Positions 60,002 through 64,000 of a DNA stretch of 64,000 bases are shown here, one piece after another (position 1 is the first letter of the stretch; every line of letters begins with the position of its first letter). A program made the translations under genes and the position numbers. The DNA lies in NCBI GenBank assembly GCA_963734545.1, contig CAVTHO010000009.1, forward strand, positions 1-64,000, in the 5' to 3' direction. The notes under the pieces were generated by a model. That model did not search any database, was not told the origin of the DNA, and worked only from the letters and a program-made list of their open reading frames with translations. The stretch comes from an uncultured Spirochaetota bacterium (lineage in GTDB: Bacteria; Spirochaetota; Spirochaetia; SZUA-6; Fen-1364).

Positions 60002-61811
60002 CTATCCGATCCTTCAGAATGCCCCTGCGCGCGCCCAGCATCTCGCGGTCAAGCGCAAAGAGGGGACTGATTTCGATCGCGTGGAGGGACTTCCCGTTTC
60101 CGTCCCGGGGTACCTCGACGCCGCACGCCGTGAGCCACCGGGCTGCGCGCTCCACCTGGCCCCGCAGGCAGGTCTCGACCGAGTCGACCCCCTCACGGTT
60201 CTTCAGGGGAGCGAACTCCTCCGCGCGCTCGGTCTCGAAAAACAGGGCGCTTCCCGCTGCGGGGATCGCATCGAATATGAACATCTCCATCTTGACGGCG
60301 TCTCTCTCTACAATTTCGGTCCCTTCCGGGGTGGGATTGAGCACCCTCGCCTTCTTGCGCGCGATGTGCCAGGGAAGCAGCAACGCGGGATTCGCGAGAA
60401 ACGCCACCTCGAGGATGTGTATGGCAATCGAACCCTGGGAGTAGAGAAGCTTCCCATCCGCGCCCCGCGCCTGCATGAGGGCTTCGTCAAGGTCGGAGTA
60501 TTCGATCACGGCCTGCTTCCCGCCCATTGTCACGATGGTCCCGAGCTTCTCCTCCGGATAGGCTTTCTCGATCACCTTGGAGGAGATCCGGGCCCCCTCG
60601 CGGCAGTGGAATCCCAGGAAGCATGGATCCGGCGCGCGTACGAGGGGATTGTCTACCTGCCAGTAGAATAGCTGCTCCACGCCCTGCTGCTGCATGGCTG
60701 CCAGGCTGCCGGAACGGCGCAGGGCGCCGATTACCCCGCCGTGACCGTCGGGATTGACCAGGAGGCCGCCATCAGGCGCCAGGAGCAGCCGTCCATCGGG
60801 TGACAGCGACGGAAGGGAGCCCTGCATGAACAGGCGCACCGTGTCGCACCCGAGCCCGAACCAATCCTGCTTCTCGAAGTATTCCTGGGTTGCGCCGTGA
60901 TTCTGCGGTCCCGTCATGATCAGCCATGGAATATCCACGCCGTACCTGCGCCTGGCGGCAAGAAGGTCTTCAGCGAACCAGGCGAACAGGCTCAAATGGC
61001 GCAGCGGCGTGACTGGAAACATGCCCTTGGGTCCGTCGAATCCGAGCCTCGAGCCCTGTCCGCCTGCCACCGTGAGGAAGGCCGTCCGGCCCCGCCGGAT
61101 GCGATCCTCCCCCAGATCCGCCGCCTCCCGGTCCGTGCTGCTCTGCTGAAGCGATACGTACGGGGCAGGGACAAGGTCCGCAGACCGTACGCCGCGCATT
61201 TCTTCCCGGCGCGGTACGGCGTCCTCGCCGAACGGGTACTCCCGTGCTCCGCGCATTTCCTCCTGCGCGAGCCTTGCGCGGAGCTGCCGGACAAGACCGA
61301 GGTCGAGCGAGGCGAGATCATCGAGAAGCCTTTTTCTCATGTGCTCCGGGCGCGCGGGCCAGTGCGCAAACAAGTGTTCCTGTCCCATCGCGCTGAGCTT
61401 TTCCCTGACATCCCCGCGCGCACCTGAGGGTTTTTCCGTCCGCGCACGTGCGGGTTTTTCTTCCAAGTCTTCCCCCTCACCCACGGAGTTTCCGCCATGC
61501 GCCCGCCGCACGGTCATGAGGGCGTCGATCAGGTCCGCGCGCATCTCGGAGAAGCGCGCGGCCAGGTCCGGGTCAGCCGTGGCACCCAACTCCTCCCACA
61601 ACCTCCCCTTGGCGCCCTCGATCGTGAACTTCTTGTCGTACAGGAGGTGACGGAATCTCATCAGGAGCCGGATCTCGTTTCCCGAATACTCGCGCCGGCC
61701 CGAGAGGCCCTTTCTCGGGGAGAGGAGGGGCAGCTCGCTCTCCCAGTAGCGGATCACGTGCGGCTTCACTCCGAGGAACCGGGCCACCTCCCCGATGCTC
61801 CACGATTTCAT
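59979..61811 (-). CDS. MerR-HTH fused to a UDPGP/UAP1-family UDP-sugar pyrophosphorylase
   Basis: N-domain SIGEVARFLGVKPHVIRYWESE; C-domain VAGGQGSRLGFDGPKG, NPDGHGG, QVDNPL, VIEYSD, KMEMFIFD and EEFAPLKN. Confidence 0.85.
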   Translation of the reverse strand: MKSWSIGEVARFLGVKPHVIRYWESELPLLSPRKGLSGRREYSGNEIRLLMRFRHLLYDKKFTIEGAKGRLWEELGATADPDLAARFSEMRADLIDALMTVRRAHGGNSVGEGEDLEEKPARARTEKPSGARGDVREKLSAMGQEHLFAHWPARPEHMRKRLLDDLASLDLGLVRQLRARLAQEEMRGAREYPFGEDAVPRREEMRGVRSADLVPAPYVSLQQSSTDREAADLGEDRIRRGRTAFLTVAGGQGSRLGFDGPKGMFPVTPLRHLSLFAWFAEDLLAARRRYGVDIPWLIMTGPQNHGATQEYFEKQDWFGLGCDTVRLFMQGSLPSLSPDGRLLLAPDGGLLVNPDGHGGVIGALRRSGSLAAMQQQGVEQLFYWQVDNPLVRAPDPCFLGFHCREGARISSKVIEKAYPEEKLGTIVTMGGKQAVIEYSDLDEALMQARGADGKLLYSQGSIAIHILEVAFLANPALLLPWHIARKKARVLNPTPEGTEIVERDAVKMEMFIFDAIPAAGSALFFETERAEEFAPLKNREGVDSVETCLRGQVERAARWLTACGVEVPRDGNGKSLHAIEISPLFALDREMLGARRGILKDRIDEDTLLV

Positions 61812-63244
61812 CGCACGCGCTTCCTGCTCTGTCGGAACTCTATCCCGACGGGCACCCGCGGCACGCCCAGGTCCCTGCGAATGCAGTTTTCGAGGTACTG
61901 GGTGTAGGAAACCGGAAAGCCCGACAGGCGGTTGACGAACACGACGAACCGAACAGGGTTCGCGCTGATCTGCGTCATGAATCGTATCTTATAGTTTTTC
62001 CCCCGCACGGGAAGACGGTAGTGCGCGCTCCATGCCTCCAGCGCCTGGTTCAGTCTGCCGGTCCCGACCCGGCGGTGAAGCTGGCTCCACACCTCCAGGG
62101 CGGTGTCCAGGAGGGAACGTACGCCGAAGCCGGTGAGGGCGGACACCGGGACGATCGGCGCGAATCCGAGCACGGGAAACTGGAACCGCACTTTCTCGCT
62201 CACCTCTTCCAGGAGCCGGGGCGTGTTCTTCAGGAGGTCCCACTTGCTCAGCACGATGACCACGCCCCTGCCTTCTTTCACCGCCTGGCCCGCAATCTTC
62301 TTGTCCTGGTCCACCAGGCCCTCCGTGGCGTCGATCATCAGGAATACCAGGTCCGCCCTCCCGATACTTTCGATGGCCCTGTTCACCGAGTAGTACTCCA
62401 CGGGATCCTGCACCCTGCTCTTGCGGCGGATGCCCGCCGTGTCCAGGACCTGGAAAGTCTTCCCGCGATGAAGAAAGCTTCCCTCCACCACGTCGCGGGT
62501 CGTGCCCGGCACGGAGGAAACAATCGAGCCGTCCTCACCGGTCAGCCGATTGGCCAGGCTGGACTTCCCCGTATTGGGCTTTCCCAGGATTGCAATACGC
62601 ACGATCTCGTCTTCTGCCGCCCGGACCGGCCGCGCCCGGGTCCGGGGCGCCGCGGCCTGCTCCTCCGCAGAGAGCGGCGCCTCGAGCTGCGCTTCCAGCA
62701 ACCCGGCTACCGTCTCCTTCAGCCGGTCCAGACCCCTGCCGTGAGCTGCGGAGACGCCGATGACATTGGGAAATCCATGCGCGTGAGCGTTCCAGACGAG
62801 CAGGTCGCGATCCGGAGTATCGACCTTGTTCACCACGAGCAGGAGCTTTTCGGCGCAGGGACGCAGACGGCGGATGAACTCCTCGTCCTCCGGAGTGGTT
62901 TCCACGGCGTCCAGCACCAGGAGAACGAGATCAGCCTCCCGCGCGGTCTTCAGGCTCCTCGCCGCCACCACGCCGTCCAGCCCTTCCGCGCCGCTCGTAT
63001 AGCCGCCCGTATCCACGAGCGTCATGCGCGCGCCGCCGAGCGTGCACTCCACCTCGATGGGATCACGCGTGACGCCGGGATCGGAATAGGTGATGGCGCG
63101 CCTTCGCCCCAGGAGCACGTTGAAGAGCGTGGATTTGCCGACGTTCGGTCTGCCGAGAATCGCCACGCGGGGATAGCGCGCGGGCTCGCGCCGGGTGAAA
63201 TGCGCAGGCTCGCGCCGGGGGAGCTTACCAGGTGGAGAAGTCAA
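61808..63244 (-). CDS. der: Ribosome biogenesis GTPase Der
   Basis: Two G-domains (GRPNVGKS/DTGG/NKVD and GKPNTGKS/DTAG/SKWD) plus a KH-like C-terminus. Confidence 0.97.
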   Translation of the reverse strand: MTSPPGKLPRREPAHFTRREPARYPRVAILGRPNVGKSTLFNVLLGRRRAITYSDPGVTRDPIEVECTLGGARMTLVDTGGYTSGAEGLDGVVAARSLKTAREADLVLLVLDAVETTPEDEEFIRRLRPCAEKLLLVVNKVDTPDRDLLVWNAHAHGFPNVIGVSAAHGRGLDRLKETVAGLLEAQLEAPLSAEEQAAAPRTRARPVRAAEDEIVRIAILGKPNTGKSSLANRLTGEDGSIVSSVPGTTRDVVEGSFLHRGKTFQVLDTAGIRRKSRVQDPVEYYSVNRAIESIGRADLVFLMIDATEGLVDQDKKIAGQAVKEGRGVVIVLSKWDLLKNTPRLLEEVSEKVRFQFPVLGFAPIVPVSALTGFGVRSLLDTALEVWSQLHRRVGTGRLNQALEAWSAHYRLPVRGKNYKIRFMTQISANPVRFVVFVNRLSGFPVSYTQYLENCIRRDLGVPRVPVGIEFRQSRKRVR

Positions 63245-64000
63245 GCCGATCCTCCATCCACCGCCGAACAGCGCTCTCTATCTCCGCCCCCGAACCCATG
63301 GGTACGAGGCTGCGCACGAACGCCTCTGCCTCCATGATCCCCACCGAGCGCACGATCCTCTTGATCAGGGGTATGCCGATGGGACCCATGGAGAAGCTGT
63401 CCAGGCCGAGACCGAGCAGCACCACGGTGGCAAGGGGATCTCCGGCAAGCTCGCCGCACATGCCCACGGGAATCCCCCGCGCGTGGGCGTTCTCGATCGT
63501 CGTGCGGATCAGGCGGAGGACGCCGGGATGGAAGGGCTCATAGAGATAGGCAACCTTTTCGTTTCCCCGGTCCACGGCGAGGGTGTACTGGATCAGGTCG
63601 TTCGTGCCTATCGAGAAGAACTCCGATCGCGTCGCCAGGATGTCGGAAGTGATCGCCGCGGAGGGAACCTCGATCATGATACCGACCGGCACGTCCTCCC
63701 GGAACGGCAGCCCCTCCCGGGCGAGCTCGGCCTTCACCTCAGCCAGGATTTCACTGATCCGGTCGAGCTCGCCCGGCCCGGAGATCAGAGGGAACATGAT
63801 GCGAAGAGAGCCGTGCACCGAGGCGCGCAGGAGGGCGCGCAGCTGGGTGCGGAAGATTTCCGGCCGCGCGAGGCAGAAGCGGATGGCCCGCCACCCGAGG
63901 AGCGGGTTGCTGTCTCCCGCCTGCTTGAAGCCGGGCATCACCTTGTCCCCGCCGAGATCGAGCGTGCGGATGGTGACGCTCCTGCCGCCGAGGGCAACGA
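63225..64000 (-). CDS. ptsI: PTS enzyme I, C-terminal part (5' end outside window)
   Basis: TIRTLDLGGDK, NPLLGWRAIR, GIMIEVPSA, FSIGTNDLIQY and GMCGELAGDP. Confidence 0.96.
   Translation of the reverse strand, partial: VALGGRSVTIRTLDLGGDKVMPGFKQAGDSNPLLGWRAIRFCLARPEIFRTQLRALLRASVHGSLRIMFPLISGPGELDRISEILAEVKAELAREGLPFREDVPVGIMIEVPSAAITSDILATRSEFFSIGTNDLIQYTLAVDRGNEKVAYLYEPFHPGVLRLIRTTIENAHARGIPVGMCGELAGDPLATVVLLGLGLDSFSMGPIGIPLIKRIVRSVGIMEAEAFVRSLVPMGSGAEIESAVRRWMEDRLDFSTW

Overview
GC-rich bacterial chromosomal segment, very likely from a free-living spirochaete (Spirochaetia), judged by the SpiroCoCo-type coiled-coil gene and the M23-bactofilin-YaaR-PSP1/TatD gene order. I found no rRNA, tRNA, CRISPR, IS or prophage. 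About 22 single-base frameshifts, several in housekeeping genes (purD, purE, PSP1, M23), point to an unpolished long-read or MAG assembly, so many genes are reconstructed here across frames. 1-18.5 kb: a bipartite amino-sugar or sugar-acid catabolic locus (Gfo/Idh/MocA x2, class III aminotransferase, NagA-like deacetylase, ROK repressor, sugar ABC importer, ~550-aa unknown protein, UroD/MtaA-like protein, PK-C-like protein, atypical GHMP kinase). Its two halves carry a duplicated ~160-bp divergent promoter cassette with an identical 25-bp palindromic operator, and a 4-gene ABC exporter-like operon sits between them. 18.5-36 kb: GNAT, TetR/SDR pairs, cell-shape genes, tatD, dus, rarA, purFMNDE, rlmB. 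36-43 kb: two orphan DNA methyltransferases in a butyrate-kinase operon, a 5-copy palindromic tandem array, a beta-barrel plus lipoprotein pair, an orphan histidine kinase and a Spy/CpxP-like gene. 43-64 kb: grpE-dnaK-dnaJ, a 1784-aa repetitive coiled coil, a TPR/OM-barrel/TonB module, a frameshift-hidden NlpC/P60-like protein, a MerR-UDP-sugar pyrophosphorylase fusion, der and ptsI. Best candidates for new biology: the ROK regulon with its duplicated promoter cassette and unusual enzyme set, the orphan MTase pair, the cryptic Cys/His hydrolase, the MerR-UDPGP fusion and the palindrome array.
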